DNA from: Auanema rhodensis
Taxonomy: Eukaryota > Animalia > Nematoda
Reading direction: 5' to 3'
Assembly: GCA_964057225.1 (NCBI GenBank)
Contig: OZ059897.1
Coordinates: 3,782,001 to 3,846,000 of the forward strand
DNA: 64,000 bases
A program made the translations under genes and the position numbers. Shown here piece by piece: positions 1 to 15,000 of this stretch (its first letter is position 1; each line of letters starts with the position of its first letter). Below the pieces are notes generated by a model. The model searched no databases. It saw only the letters and a program-made list of their open reading frames with translations, and was not told where the DNA came from.

Positions 1-179
1 ATCAACTGATATATGTTCACACATATATCCTCGATTTTCACCCTGAAGAAATGATTTTTTCGTTGAATAACATTGTCCATCGTCTTCGTCTTGAAAAAAG
101 GAATTTAAAAACTCCTACTTTTTGTGAAATTATTTAGAAATTTTTCGGGAAAATTTTTGTCACAATGTTTTTGGAAGCA

Positions 180-207
180 ATGTTGAGTGTACATGGGAAC
201 TCAACAT
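180..207. other. Native 9-bp inverted repeat of the monomer (example in the first copy)
   Basis: ATGTTGAGT-[gtacatggga]-ACTCAACAT; perfect arms with a 10-nt spacer. Confidence 0.85.
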
Positions 208-290
208 ACACTAATGCATTATTTTTCAAACGATCATAACTAATTTTTGTATGGAGCGTTTCTCAATGTAGTATAGTGCATTCGATGCAG

Positions 291-341
291 ATTTTTAAGC
301 TGCGTTGATCTGTGTTATCAGATTTGCGCTAGCTTAAAAAT
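291..341. other. Native imperfect dyad symmetry of the monomer (example in the first copy)
   Basis: ATTTTTAAGCT-GCG-ttg-ATCTG-[tgttat]-CAGAT-ttg-CGC-t-AGCTTAAAAAT: 11+3+5 bp of complementary arms. Confidence 0.85.
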
Positions 342-2459
342 GCACCGAGTAATCAACTGATATAGGTTCACACTTATATCCTCGATTTTCACCCTGAAGA
401 ATTAATTTTTTCGTTGAATAACATTGTCCATCGTCTTTGCCTTGAAAAAAGAAATCTAAAAACTCCTACTTTTTGTGAAATTATTTAGAAATTTTTCGGG
501 AAAATTTTTGTCAAAATGTTTTTGGAAGCAATGTTGAGTGTACATGGGAACTCAACATACACTAATGCATTATTTTTCAAACGATCATAACTAATTTTTG
601 TATAGAGCGTTTCTCAATGTAGTATAGTGCATTCGATGCGGATTTTTAAGCTGCGTTGATCTGTGTTATCAGATTTGAGTTAGCTTAAAAATGCACCGAG
701 ATATCAACTGATATATGTTCACACTTATATCCTCGATTTTCACCCTGAAGAAATGATTTTTTCGTTGAATAACATTGTCCATCATCTTCGTCTTGAAAAA
801 AGGAATCTAAAAACATCTACTTTTTGTGAAATTATTTAGAAATTTTTCGGGAAAATTTTTGTCAAAATGTTTTTGGAAGCAATGTTGAGTGTACATGGGA
901 ACTCAACATACACTAATGCATTATTTTTCAAACGATCATAACTAATTTTTGTATGGAGCGTTTCTCAATGTAGTATAGTGCATTCGATGCGAATTTTTAA
1001 GCTGCGTTGATCTGTGTTATCAGATTTGCGCTAGCTTAAAAATGCACCGAGTAATCAACTGATATAGGTTCACACTTATATCCTCGATTTTCACCCTGAA
1101 GAATTAATTTTTTCGTTGAATAACATTGTCCATCGTCTTTGCCTTGAAAAAAGAAATCTAAAAACTCCTACTTTTTGTGAAATTATTTAGAAATTTTTCG
1201 GGAAAATTTTTGTCACAATGTTTTTGGAAGCAATGTTGAGTGTACATGGGAACTCAACATACACTAATGCATTATTTTTCAAACGATCATAACTAATTTT
1301 TGTATAGAGCGTTTCTTGATGTAGTATAGTGCATTCGATGCGGATTTTTAAGCTGCGTTGATCTGTGTTATCAGATTTGCGCTAGCTTAAAAATGCACCG
1401 AGTAATCAACTGATATAGGTTCACACTTATATCCTCGATTTTCACCCTGAAGAATTAATTTTTTCGTTGAATAACATTGTCCATCGTCTTTGCCTTGAAA
1501 AAAGAAATCTAAAAACTCCTACTTTTTGTGAAATTATTTAGAAATTTTTCGGGAAAATTTTTGTCACAATGTTTTTGGAAGCAATGTTGAGTGTACATGG
1601 GAACTCAACATACACTAATGCATTATTTTTCAAACGATCATAACTAATTTTTGTATAGAGCGTTTCTTAATGTAGTATAGTGCATTCGATGCGGATTTTT
1701 AAGCTGCGTTGATCTGAGTTATCAGATTTGAGTTAGCTTAAAAATGCACCGAGATATCAACTGATATATGTTCACACATATATCCTCGATTTTCACCCTG
1801 AAGAAATGATTTTTTCGTTGAATAACATTGTCCATCGTCTTCGTCTTGAAAAAAGGAATTTAAAAACTCCTACTTTTTGTGAAATTATTTAGAAATTTTT
1901 CGGGAAAATTTTTGTCACAATGTTTTTGGAAGCAATGTTGAGTGTACATGGGAACTCAACATACACTAATGCATTATTTTTCAAACGATCATAACTAATT
2001 TTGGTATAGAGCGTTTCTTAATGTAGTATAGTGCATTCGATGCGGATTTTTAAGCTGCGTTGATCTGTGTTATCAGATTTGAGTTAGCTTAAAAATGCAC
2101 CGAGATATCAACTGATATATGTTCACACTTATATCCTCGATTTTCACCCTGAAGAAATGATTTTTTCGTTGAATAACATTGTCCATCGTCTTCGTCTTGA
2201 AAAAAGGAATCTAAAAACATCTACTTTTTGTGAAATTATTTAGAAATTTTTCGGGAAAATTTTTGTCACAATGTTTTTGGAAGCAATGTTGAGTGTACAT
2301 GGGAACTCAACATACACTAATGCATTATTTTTCAAACGATCATAACTAATTTTGGTATAGAGCGTTTCTTAATGTAGTATAGTGCATTCGATGCGGATTT
2401 TTAAGCTGCGTTGATCTGTGTTATCAGATTTGAGTTAGCTTAAAAATGCACCGAGATAT

Positions 2460-5400
2460 CAACTGATATATGTTCACACTTATATCCTCGATTTTCACCC
2501 TGAAGAAATGATTTTTTCGTTGAATAACATTGTCCATCGTCTTCGTCTTGAAAAAAGGAATCTAAAAACATCTACTTTTTGTGAAATTATTTAGAAATTT
2601 TTCGGGAAAATTTTTGTCAAAATGTTTTTGGAAGCAATGTTGAGTGTACATGGGAACTCAACATACACTAATGCATTATTTTTCAAACGATCATAACTAA
2701 TTTTTGTATAGAGCGTTTCTCAATGTAGTATAGTGCATTCGATGCGGATTTTTAAGCTGCGTTGATCTGTGTTATCAGATTTGAGTTAACTTAAAAATGC
2801 ACCGAGATATCAACTGATATATGTTCACACTTATATCCTCGATTTTCACCCTGAAGAAATGATTTTTTCGTTGAAAAACATTGTCCATCGTATTCGTCTT
2901 GAAAAAAGAAATCTAAAAACATCTACTTTTTGTGAAATTATTTAGAAATTTTTCGGGAAAATTTTTGTCAAAATGTTTTTGGAAGCAATGTTGAGTGTAC
3001 ATGGGAACTCAACATACACTAATGCATTATTTTTCAAACGATCATAACTAATTTTTGTATAGAGCGTTTCTCATTGTAGTATAGTGCATTCGATGCGGAT
3101 TTTCAAGCTGCGTTGATCTGTGTTATCAGATTTGAGTTAACTTAAAAATGCACCGAGATATCAACTGATATAGGTTCACACTTGTATCCTCGATTTTCAC
3201 CCTGAAGAAATGATTTTTTCGTTGAAAAACATTGTCCATCGTATTCGTCTTGAAAAAAGGAATCTAAAAACATCTACTTTTTGTGAAATTATTCAGAAAT
3301 TTTTCGGGAAAATTTTTGTCAAAATGTTTTTGGAAGCAATGTTGAGTGTACATGGGAACTCAACATACACTAATGCATTATTTTTCAAACGATCATAACT
3401 AATTTTTGTATAGAGCGTTTCTCAATGTAGTATAGTGCATTCGATGCGGATTTTTAAGCTGCGTTGATCTGTGTTATCAGATTTGAGTTAACTTAAAAAT
3501 GCACCGAGATATCAACTGATATATGTTCACACTTATATCCTCGATTTTCACCCTGAAGAAATGATTTTTTCGTTGAAAAACATTGTCCATCGTATTCGTC
3601 TTGAAAAAAGAAATCTAAAAACATCTACTTTTTGTGAAATTATTTAGAAATTTTTCGGGAAAATTTTTGTCAAAATGTTTTTGGAAGCAATGTTGAGTGT
3701 ACATGGGAACTCAACATACACTAATGCATTATTTTTCAAACGATCATAACTAATTTTTGTATAGAGCGTTTCTCATTGTAGTATAGTGCATTCGATGCGG
3801 ATTTTTAAGCTGCGTTTATCTGTGTTATCAGATTTGAGTTAACTTAAAAATGCACCGAGATATCAACTGATATATGTTCACACTTATATCCTCGATTTTC
3901 ACCCTGAAGAAATGATTTTTTCGTTGAAAAACATTGTCCATCGTATTCGTCTTGAAAAAAGAAATCTAAAAACATCTACTTTTTGTGAAATTATTTAGAA
4001 ATTTTTCGGGAAAATTTTTGTCAAAATGTTTTTGGAAGCAATGTTGAGTGTACATGGGAACTCAACATACACTAATGCATTATTTTTCAAACGATCATAA
4101 CTAATTTTTGTATAGAGCGTTTCTCATTGTAGTATAGTGCATTCGATGCGGATTTTCAAGCTGCGTTGATCTGTGTTATCAGATTTGAGTTAACTTAAAA
4201 ATGCACCGAGATATCAACTGATATAGGTTCACACTTATATCCTCGATTTTCACCCTGAAGAAATGATTTTTTCGTTGAATAACATTGTCCATCCTCTTCG
4301 TCTTGAAAAAAGGAATCTAAAAACATCTACTTTTTGTGAAATTATTTAGAAATTTTTCGGGAAAATTTTTGTCAAAATGTTTTTGGAAGCAATGTTGAGT
4401 GTACATGGGAACTCAACATACACTAATGCATTATTTTTCAAACGATCATAACTAATTTTTGTATAGAGCGTTTCTCAATGTAGTATAGTGCATTCGATGC
4501 GGATTTTTAAGCTGCGTTGATCTGTGTTATCAGATTTGAGTTAACTTAAAAATGCACCGAGATATCAACTGATATATGTTCACACTTATATCCTCGATTT
4601 TCACCCTGAAGAAATGATTTTTTCGTTGAAAAACATTGTCCATCGTATTCGTCTTGAAAAAAGAAATCTAAAAACATCTACTTTTTGTGAAATTATTTAG
4701 AAATTTTTCGGGAAAATTTTTGTCAAAATGTTTTTGGAAGCAATGTTGAGTGTACATGGGAACTCAACATACACTAATGCATTATTTTTCAAACGATCAT
4801 AACTAATTTTTGTATAGAGCGTTTCTCATTGTAGTATAGTGCATTCGATGCGGATTTTCAAGCTGCGTTGATCTGTGTTATCAGATTTGAGTTAACTTAA
4901 AAATGCACCGAGATATCAACTGATATAGGTTCACACTTGTATCCTCGATTTTCACCCTGAAGAAATGATTTTTTCGTTGAAAAACATTGTCCATCGTATT
5001 CGTCTTGAAAAAAGGAATCTAAAAACATCTACTTTTTGTGAAATTATTCAGAAATTTTTCGGGAAAATTTTTGTCAAAATGTTTTTGGAAGCAATGTTGA
5101 GTGTACATGGGAACTCAACATACACTAATGCATTATTTTTCAAACGATCATAACTAATTTTTGTATAGAGCGTTTCTCAATGTAGTATAGTGCATTCGAT
5201 GCGGATTTTTAAGCTGCGTTGATCTGTGTTATCAGATTTGAGTTAACTTAAAAATGCACCGAGATATCAACTGATATATGTTCACACTTATATCCTCGAT
5301 TTTCACCCTGAAGAAATGATTTTTTCGTTGAAAAACATTGTCCATCGTATTCGTCTTGAAAAAAGAAATCTAAAAACATCTACTTTTTGTGAAATTATTT

Positions 5401-5970
5401 AGAAATTTTTCGGGAAAATTTTTGTCAAAATGTTTTTGGAAGCAATGTTGAGTGTACATGGGAACTCAACATACACTAATGCATTATTTTTCAAACGATC
5501 ATAACTAATTTTCGTATAGAGCGTTTCTCATTGTAGTATAGTGCATTCGATGCGGATTTTTAAGCTGCGTTTATCTGTGTTATCAGATTTGAGTTAACTT
5601 AAAAATGCACCGAGATATCAACTGATATATGTTCACACTTATATCCTCGATTTTCACCCTGAAGAAATGATTTTTTCGTTGAAAAACATTGTCCATCGTA
5701 TTCGTCTTGAAAAAAGAAATCTAAAAACATCTACTTTTTGTGAAATTATTTAGAAATTTTTCGGGAAAATTTTTGTCAAAATGTTTTTGGAAGCAATGTT
5801 GAGTGTACATGGGAACTCAACATACACTAATGCATTATTTTTCAAACGATCATAACTAATTTTTGTATAGAGCGTTTCTCATTGTAGTATAGTGCATTCG
5901 ATGCGGATTTTCAAGCTGCGTTGATCTGTGTTATCAGATTTGAGTTAACTTAAAAATGCACCGAGATATC
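2460..5970. repeat. 5-monomer (1755 bp) tandem duplication in domain A
   Basis: Private variant TGCGTTTATC at 3811 and 5566; stop-loss ORFs at 3210 and 4965; both offsets are 1755. Confidence 0.8.
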
Positions 5971-6059
5971 AACTGATATAGGTTCACACTTATATCCTCG
6001 ATTTTCACCCTGAAGAAATGATTTTTTCGTTGAATAACATTGTCCATCGTCTTCGTCTT

Positions 6060-9000
6060 GAAAAAAGGAATCTAAAAACATCTACTTTTTGTGAAATTAT
6101 TTAGAAATTTTTCGGGAAAATTTTTGTCAAAATGTTTTTGGAAGCAATGTTGAGTGTACATGGGAACTCAACATACACTAATGCATTATTTTTCAAACGA
6201 TCATAACTAATTTTTGTATAGAGCGTTTCTCAATGTAGTATAGTGCATTCGATGCGGATTTTTAAGCTGCGTTGATCTGTGTTATCAGATTTGAGTTAAC
6301 TTAAAAATGCACCGAGATATCAACTGATATATGTTCACACTTATATCCTCGATTTTCACCCTGAAGAAATGATTTTTTCGTTGAAAAACATTGTCCATCG
6401 TATTCGTCTTGAAAAAAGAAATCTAAAAACATCTACTTTTTGTGAAATTATTTAGAAATTTTTCGGGAAAATTTTTGTCAAAATGTTTTTGGAAGCAATG
6501 TTGAGTGTACATGGGAACTCAACATACACTAATGCATTATTTTTCAAACGATCATAACTAATTTTTGTATAGAGCGTTTCTCAATGTAGTATAGTGCATT
6601 CGATGCGGATTTTTAAGCTGCGTTGATCTGTGTTATCAGATTTGAGTTAACTTAAAAATGCACCGAGATATCAACTGATATATGTTCACACTTATATCCT
6701 CGATTTTCACCCTGAAGAAATGATTTTTTCGTTGAAAAACATTGTCCATCGTATTCGTCTTGAAAAAAGAAATCTAAAAACATCTACTTTTTGTGAAATT
6801 ATTTAGAAATTTTTCGGGAAAATTTTTGTCAAAATGTTTTTGGAAGCAATGTTGAGTGTACATGGGAACTCAACATACACTAATGCATTATTTTTCAAAC
6901 GATCATAACTAATTTTTGTATAGAGCGTTTCTCATTGTAGTATAGTGCATTCGATGCGGATTTTCAAGCTGCGTTGATCTGTGTTATCAGATTTGAGTTA
7001 ACTTAAAAATGCACCGAGATATCAACTGATATAGGTTCACACTTGTATCCTCGATTTTCACCCTGAAGAAATGATTTTTTCGTTGAAAAACATTGTCCAT
7101 CGTATTCGTCTTGAAAAAAGGAATCTAAAAACATCTACTTTTTGTGAAATTATTTAGAAATTTTTCGGGAAAATTTTTGTCAAAATGTTTTTGGAAGCAA
7201 TGTTGAGTGTACATAGGAACTCAACATACACTAATGCATTATTTTTCAAACGATCATAACTAATTTTTGTATAGAGCGTTTCTCAATGTAGTATAGTGCA
7301 TTTGATGCGGATTTTTAAGCTGCGTTGATCTGTGTTATCAGATTTGAGTTAACTTAAAAATGCACCGAGATATCAACTGATATAGGTTCACACTTATATC
7401 CTCGATTTTCACCCTGAAGAAATGATTTTTTCGTTGAATAACATTGTCCATCGTCTTCGTCTTGAAAAAAGGAATCTAAAAACATCTACTTTTTGTGAAA
7501 TTATTTAGAAATTTTTCGGGAAAATTTTTGTCAAAATGTTTTTGGAAGCAATGTTGAGTGTACATGGGAACTCAACATACACTAATGCATTATTTTTCAA
7601 ACGATCATAACTAATTTTTGTATAGAGCGTTTCTCAATGTAGTATAGTGCATTCGATGCGGATTTTTAAGCTGCGTTGATCTGTGTTATCAGATTTGAGT
7701 TAACTTAAAAATGCACCGAGATATCAACTGATATATGTTCACACTTATATCCTCGATTTTCACCCTGAAGAAATGATTTTTTCGTTGAAAAACATTGTCC
7801 ATCGTATTCGTCTTGAAAAAAGAAATCTAAAAACATCTACTTTTTGTGAAATTATTTAGAAATTTTTCGGGAAAATTTTTGTCAAAATGTTTTTGGAAGC
7901 AATGTTGAGTGTACATGGGAACTCAACATACACTAATGCATTATTTTTCAAACGATCATAACTAATTTTTGTATAGAGCGTTTCTCAATGTAGTATAGTG
8001 CATTCGATGCGGATTTTTAAGCTGCGTTGATCTGTGTTATCAGATTTGAGTTAACTTAAAAATGCACCGAGATATCAACTGATATATGTTCACACTTATA
8101 TCCTCGATTTTCACCCTGAAGAAATGATTTTTTCGTTGAAAAACATTGTCCATCGTATTCGTCTTGAAAAAAGAAATCTAAAAACATCTACTTTTTGTGA
8201 AATTATTTAGAAATTTTTCGGGAAAATTTTTGTCAAAATGTTTTTGGAAGCAATGTTGAGTGTACATGGGAACTCAACATACACTAATGCATTATTTTTC
8301 AAACGATCATAACTAATTTTTGTATAGAGCGTTTCTCATTGTAGTATAGTGCATTCGATGCGGATTTTCAAGCTGCGTTGATCTGTGTTATCAGATTTGA
8401 GTTAACTTAAAAATGCACCGAGATATCAACTGATATAGGTTCACACTTGTATCCTCGATTTTCACCCTGAAGAAATGATTTTTTCGTTGAAAAACATTGT
8501 CCATCGTATTCGTCTTGAAAAAAGGAATCTAAAAACATCTACTTTTTGTGAAATTATTCAGAAATTTTTCGGGAAAATTTTTGTCAAAATGTTTTTGGAA
8601 GCAATGTTGAGTGTACATAGGAACTCAACATACACTAATGCATTATTTTTCAAACGATCATAACTAATTTTTGTATAGAGCGTTTCTCATTGTAGTATAG
8701 TGCATTCGATGCGGATTTTCAAGCTGCGTTGATCTGTGTTATCAGATTTGAGTTAACTTAAAAATGCACCGAGATATCAACTGATATAGGTTCACACTTG
8801 TATCCTCGATTTTCACCCTGAAGAAATGATTTTTTCGTTGAAAAACATTGTCCATCGTATTCGTCTTGAAAAAAGGAATCTAAAAACATCTACTTTTTGT
8901 GAAATTATTCAGAAATTTTTCGGGAAAATTTTTGTCAAAATGTTTTTGGAAGCAATGTTGAGTGTACATAGGAACTCAACATACACTAATGCATTATTTT

Positions 9001-12000
9001 TCAAACGATCATAACTAATTTTTGTATAGAGCGTTTCTCAATGTAGTATAGTGCATTCGATGCGGATTTTTAAGCTGCGTTGATCTGTGTTATCAGATTT
9101 GAGTTAACTTAAAAATGCACCGAGATATCAACTGATATATGTTCACACTTATATCCTCGATTTTCACCCTGAAGAAATGATTTTTTCGTTGAAAAACATT
9201 GTCCATCGTATTCGTCTTGAAAAAAGAAATCTAAAAACATCTACTTTTTGTGAAATTATTTAGAAATTTTTCGGGAAAATTTTTGTCAAAATGTTTTTGG
9301 AAGCAATGTTGAGTGTACATGGGAACTCAACATACACTAATGCATTATTTTTCAAACGATCATAACTAATTTTTGTATAGAGCGTTTCTCAATGTAGTAT
9401 AGTGCATTCGATGCGGATTTTTAAGCTGCGTTGATCTGTGTTATCAGATTTGAGTTAACTTAAAAATGCACCGAGATATCAACTGATATATGTTCACACT
9501 TATATCCTCGATTTTCACCCTGAAGAAATGATTTTTTCGTTGAAAAACATTGTCCATCGTATTCGTCTTGAAAAAAGAAATCTAAAAACATCTACTTTTT
9601 GTGAAATTATTTAGAAATGTTTCGGAAAAATTTTTGTCAAAATGTTTTTGGAAGCAATGTTGAGTGTACATGGGAACTCAACATACACTAATGCATTATT
9701 TTTCAAACGATCATAACTAATTTTTGTATAGAGCGTTTCTCATTGTAGTATAGTGCATTCGATGCGGATTTTCAAGCTGCGTTGATCTGTGTTATCAGAT
9801 TTGAGTTAACTTAAAAATGCACCGAGATATCAACTGATATAGGTTCACACTTGTATCCTCGATTTTCACCCTGAAGAAATGATTTTTTCGTTGAAAAACA
9901 TTGTCCATCGTATTCGTCTTGAAAAAAGGAATCTAAAAACATCTACTTTTTGTGAAATTATTTAGAAATTTTTCGGGAAAAGTTTTGTCAAAATGTTTTT
10001 GGAAGCAATGTTGAGTGTACATGGGAACTCAACATACACTAATGCATTATTTTTCAAACGATCATAACTAATTTTTGTATAGAGCGTTTCTCAATGTAGT
10101 ATAGTGCATTCGATGCGGATTTTTAAGCTGCGTTGATCTGTGTTATCAGATTTGAGTTAACTTAAAAATGCACCGAGATATCAACTGATATAGGTTCACA
10201 CTTATATCCTCGATTTTCACCCTGAAGAAATGATTTTTTCGTTGAATAACATTGTCCATCGTCTTCGTCTTAAAAAAAGAAATCTAAAAACTCCTACTTT
10301 TTGTGAAATTATTTAGAAATTTTTCGGGAAAATTTTTGTCACAATGTTTTTGGAAGCAATGTTGAGTGTACATGGGAACTCAACATACACTAATGCATTA
10401 TTTTTCAAACGATCATAACTAATTTTTGTATAGAGCGTTTCTCATTGTAGTATAGTGCATTCGATGCGGATTTTTAAGCTGCGTTGATCTGTGTTATCAG
10501 ATTTGAGTTAATTTAAAAATGCACCGAGATATCAACTGATATATGTTCACACTTATATCCTCGATTTTCACCCTGAAGAAATGATTTTTTCGTTGAAAAA
10601 CATTGTCCATCGTATTCGTCTTGAAAAAAGAAATCTAAAAACATCTACTTTTTGTGAAATTATTTAGAAATTTTTCGGGAAAATTTTTGTCAAAATGTTT
10701 TTGGAAGCAATGTTGAGTGTACATGGGAACTCAACATACACTAATGCATTATTTTTCAAACGATCATAACTAATTTTTGTATAGAGCGTTTCCTAATGTA
10801 GTATAGTGCATTCGATGCGGATTTTTAAGCTGCGTTGATCTGTGTTATCAGATTTGAGTTAGCTTAAAAATGCACCGAGATATCAACTGATATATGTTCA
10901 CACTTATATCCTCGATTTTCACCCTGAAGAATTAATTTTTTCGTTGAATAACATTGTCCATCGTATTCGTCTTGAAAAAAGAAATCTAAAAACATCTACT
11001 TTTTGTGAAATTATTTAGAAATTTTTCGGAAAAATTTTTGTCAAAATGTTTTTGGAAGCAATGTTGAGTGTACATGGGAACTCAACATACACTAATGCAT
11101 TATTTTTCAAACGATCATAACTAATTTTTGTATAGAGCGTTTCTCATTGTAGTATAGTGCATTCGATGCGGATTTTCAAGCTGCGTTGATCTGTGTTATC
11201 AGATTTGAGTTAACTTAAAAATGCACCGAGATATCAACTGATATAGGTTCACACTTGTATCCTCGATTTTCACCCTGAAGAAATGATTTTTTCGTTGAAA
11301 AACATTGTCCATCGTATTCGTCTTGAAAAAAGGAATCTAAAAACATCTACTGTTTGTGAAATTATTTAGAAATTTTTCGGGAAAATTTTTGTCAAAATGT
11401 TTTTGGAAGCAATGTTGAGTGTACATGGGAACTCAACATACACTAATGCATTATTTTTCAAACGATCATAACTAATTTTTGTATAGAGCGTTTCTCAATG
11501 TAGTATAGTGCATTCGATGCGGATTTTTAAGCTGCGTTGATCTGTGTTATCAGATTTGAGTTAGCTTAAAAATGCACCGAGATATCAACTGATATAGGTT
11601 CACACTTATATCCTCGATTTTCACCCTGAAGAAATGATTTTTTCGTTGAATAACATTGTCCATCGTCTTCGTCTTAAAAAAAGAAATCTAAAAACTCCTA
11701 CTTTTTGTGAAATTATTCAGAAATTTTTCGGGAAAATTTTTGTCACAATGTTTTTGGAAGCAATGTTGAGTGTACATGGGAACTCAACATACACTAATGC
11801 ATTATTTTTCAAACGATCATAACTAATTTTTGTATAGAGCGTTTCTTAATGTAGTATAGTGCATTCGATGCGGATTTTTAAGCTGCGTTGATCTGTGTTA
11901 TCAGATTTGAGTTAGCTTAAAAATGCACCGAGATATCAACTGATATATGTTCACACTTATATCCTCGATTTTCACCCTGAAGAAATGATTTTTTCGTTGA

Positions 12001-15000
12001 ATAACATTGTCCATCGTCTTCGTCTTGAAAAAAGGAATCTAAAAACATCTACTTTTTGTGAAATTATTTAGAAATTTTTCGGGAAAATTTTTGTCAAAAT
12101 GTTTTTGGAAGCAATGTTGAGTGTACATGGGAACTCAACATACACTAATGCATTATTTTTCAAACGATCATAACTAATTTTTGTATAGAGCGTTTCTCAA
12201 TGTAGTATAGTGCATTCGATGCGGATTTTTAAGCTGCGTTGATCTGTGTTATCAGATTTGAGTTAACTTAAAAATGCACCGAGATATCAACTGATATAGG
12301 TTCACACTTATATCCTCGATTTTCACCCTGAAGAAATGATTTTTTCGTTGAATAACATTGTCCATCGTCTTCGTCTTAAAAAAAGAAATCTAAAAACTCC
12401 TACTTTTTGTGAAATTATTTAGAAATTTTTCGGGAAAATTTTTGTCACAATGTTTTTGGAAGCAATGTTGAGTGTACATGGGAACTCAACATACACTAAT
12501 GCATTATTTTTCAAACGATCATAACTAATTTTTGTATAGAGCGTTTCTCATTGTAGTATAGTGCATTCGATGCGGATTTTTAAGCTGCGTTGATCTGTGT
12601 TATCAGATTTGAGTTAATTTAAAAATGCACCGAGATATCAACTGATATATGTTCACACTTATATCCTCGATTTTCACCCTGAAGAAATGATTTTTTCGTT
12701 GAAAAACATTGTCCATCGTATTCGTCTTGAAAAAAGAAATCTAAAAACATCTACTTTTTGTGAAATTATTTAGAAATTTTTCGGGAAAATTTTTGTCAAA
12801 ATGTTTTTGGAAGCAATGTTGAGTGTACATGGGAACTCAACATACACTAATGCATTATTTTTCAAACGATCATAACTAATTTTTGTATAGAGCGTTTCCT
12901 AATGTAGTATAGTGCATTCGATGCGGATTTTTAAGCTGCGTTGATCTGTGTTATCAGATTTGAGTTAACTTAAAAATGCACCGAGATATCAACTGATATA
13001 TGTTCACACTTATATCCTCGATTTTCACCCTGAAGAAATGATTTTTTCGTTGAAAAACATTGTCCATCGTATTCGTCTTGAAAAAAGAAATCTAAAAACA
13101 TCTACTTTTTGTGAAATTATTTAGAAATTTTTCGGGAAAATTTTTGTCAAAATGTTTTTGGAAGCAATGTTGAGTGTACATGGGAACTCAACATACACTA
13201 ATGCATTATTTTTCAAACGATCATAACTAATTTTTGTATAGAGCGTTTCTCATTGTAGTATAGTGCATTCGATGCGGATTTTCAAGCTGCGTTGATCTGT
13301 GTTATCAGATTTGAGTTAACTTAAAAATGCACCGAGATATCAACTGATATAGGTTCACACTTGTATCCTCGATTTTCACCCTGAAGAAATGATTTTTTCG
13401 TTGAAAAACATTGTCCATCGTATTCGTCTTGAAAAAAGGAATCTAAAAACATCTACTTTTTGTGAAATTATTTAGAAATTTTTCGGGAAAATTTTTGTCA
13501 AAATGTTTTTGGAAGCAATGTTGAGTGTACATGGGAACTCAACATACACTAATGCATTATTTTTCAAACGATCATAACTAATTTTTGTATAGAGCGTTTC
13601 TCAATGTAGTATAGTGCATTCGATGCGGATTTTTAAGCTGCGTTGATCTGTGTTATCAGATTTGAGTTAACTTAAAAATGCACCGAGATATCAACTGATA
13701 TATGTTCACACTTATATCCTCGATTTTCACCCTGAAGAAATGATTTTTTCGTTGAAAAACATTGTCCATCGTATTCGTCTTGAAAAAAGAAATCTAAAAA
13801 CATCTACTTTTTGTGAAATTATTTAGAAATTTTTCGGGAAAATTTTTGTCAAAATGTTTTTGGAAGCAATGTTGAGTGTACATGGGAACTCAACATACAC
13901 TAATGCATTATTTTTCAAACGATCATAACTAATTTTTGTATAGAGCGTTTCTCAATGTAGTATAGTGCATTCGATGCGGATTTTTAAGCTGCGTTGATCT
14001 GTGTTATCAGATTTGAGTTAACTTAAAAATGCACCGAGATATCAACTGATATATGTTCACACTTATATCCTCGATTTTCACCCTGAAGAAATGATTTTTT
14101 CGTTGAAAAACATTGTCCATCGTATTCGTCTTGAAAAAAGAAATCTAAAAACATCTACTTTTTGTGAAATTATTTAGAAATTTTTCGGGAAAATTTTTGT
14201 CAAAATGTTTTTGGAAGCAATGTTGAGTGTACATGGGAACTCAACATACACTAATGCATTATTTTTCAAACGATCATAACTAATTTATGTATAGAGCGTT
14301 TCTCATTGTAGTATAGTGCATTCGATGCGGATTTTCAAGCTGCGTTGATCTGTGTTATCAGATTTGAGTTAACTTAAAAATGCACCGAGATATCAACTGA
14401 TATAGGTTCACACTTGTATCCTCGATTTTCACCCTGAAGAAATGATTTTTTCGTTGAAAAACATTGTCCATCGTATTCGTCTTGAAAAAAGGAATCTAAA
14501 AACATCTACTTTTTGTGAAATTATTTAGAAATTTTTCGGGAAAATTTTTGTCAAAATGTTTTTGGAAGCAATGTTGAGTGTACATAGGAACTCAACATAC
14601 ACTAATGCATTATTTTTCAAACGATCATAACTAATTTTTGTATAGAGCGTTTCTCAATGTAGTATAGTGCATTTGATGCGGATTTTTAAGCTGCGTTGAT
14701 CTGTGTTATCAGATTTGAGTTAACTTAAAAATGCACCGAGATATCAACTGATATAGGTTCACACTTATATCCTCGATTTTCACCCTGAAGAAATGATTTT
14801 TTCGTTGAATAACATTGTCCATCGTCTTCGTCTTGAAAAAAGGAATCTAAAAACATCTACTTTTTGTGAAATTATTTAGAAATTTTTCGGGAAAATTTTT
14901 GTCAAAATGTTTTTGGAAGCAATGTTGAGTGTACATGGGAACTCAACATACACTAATGCATTATTTTTCAAACGATCATAACTAATTTTTGTATAGAGCG

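Noticed and set aside
1-351. Monomer as an ancient dimer of ~175-bp subunits
   Set aside because: I could see no alignable similarity between the two halves by eye; a self-alignment would be needed.
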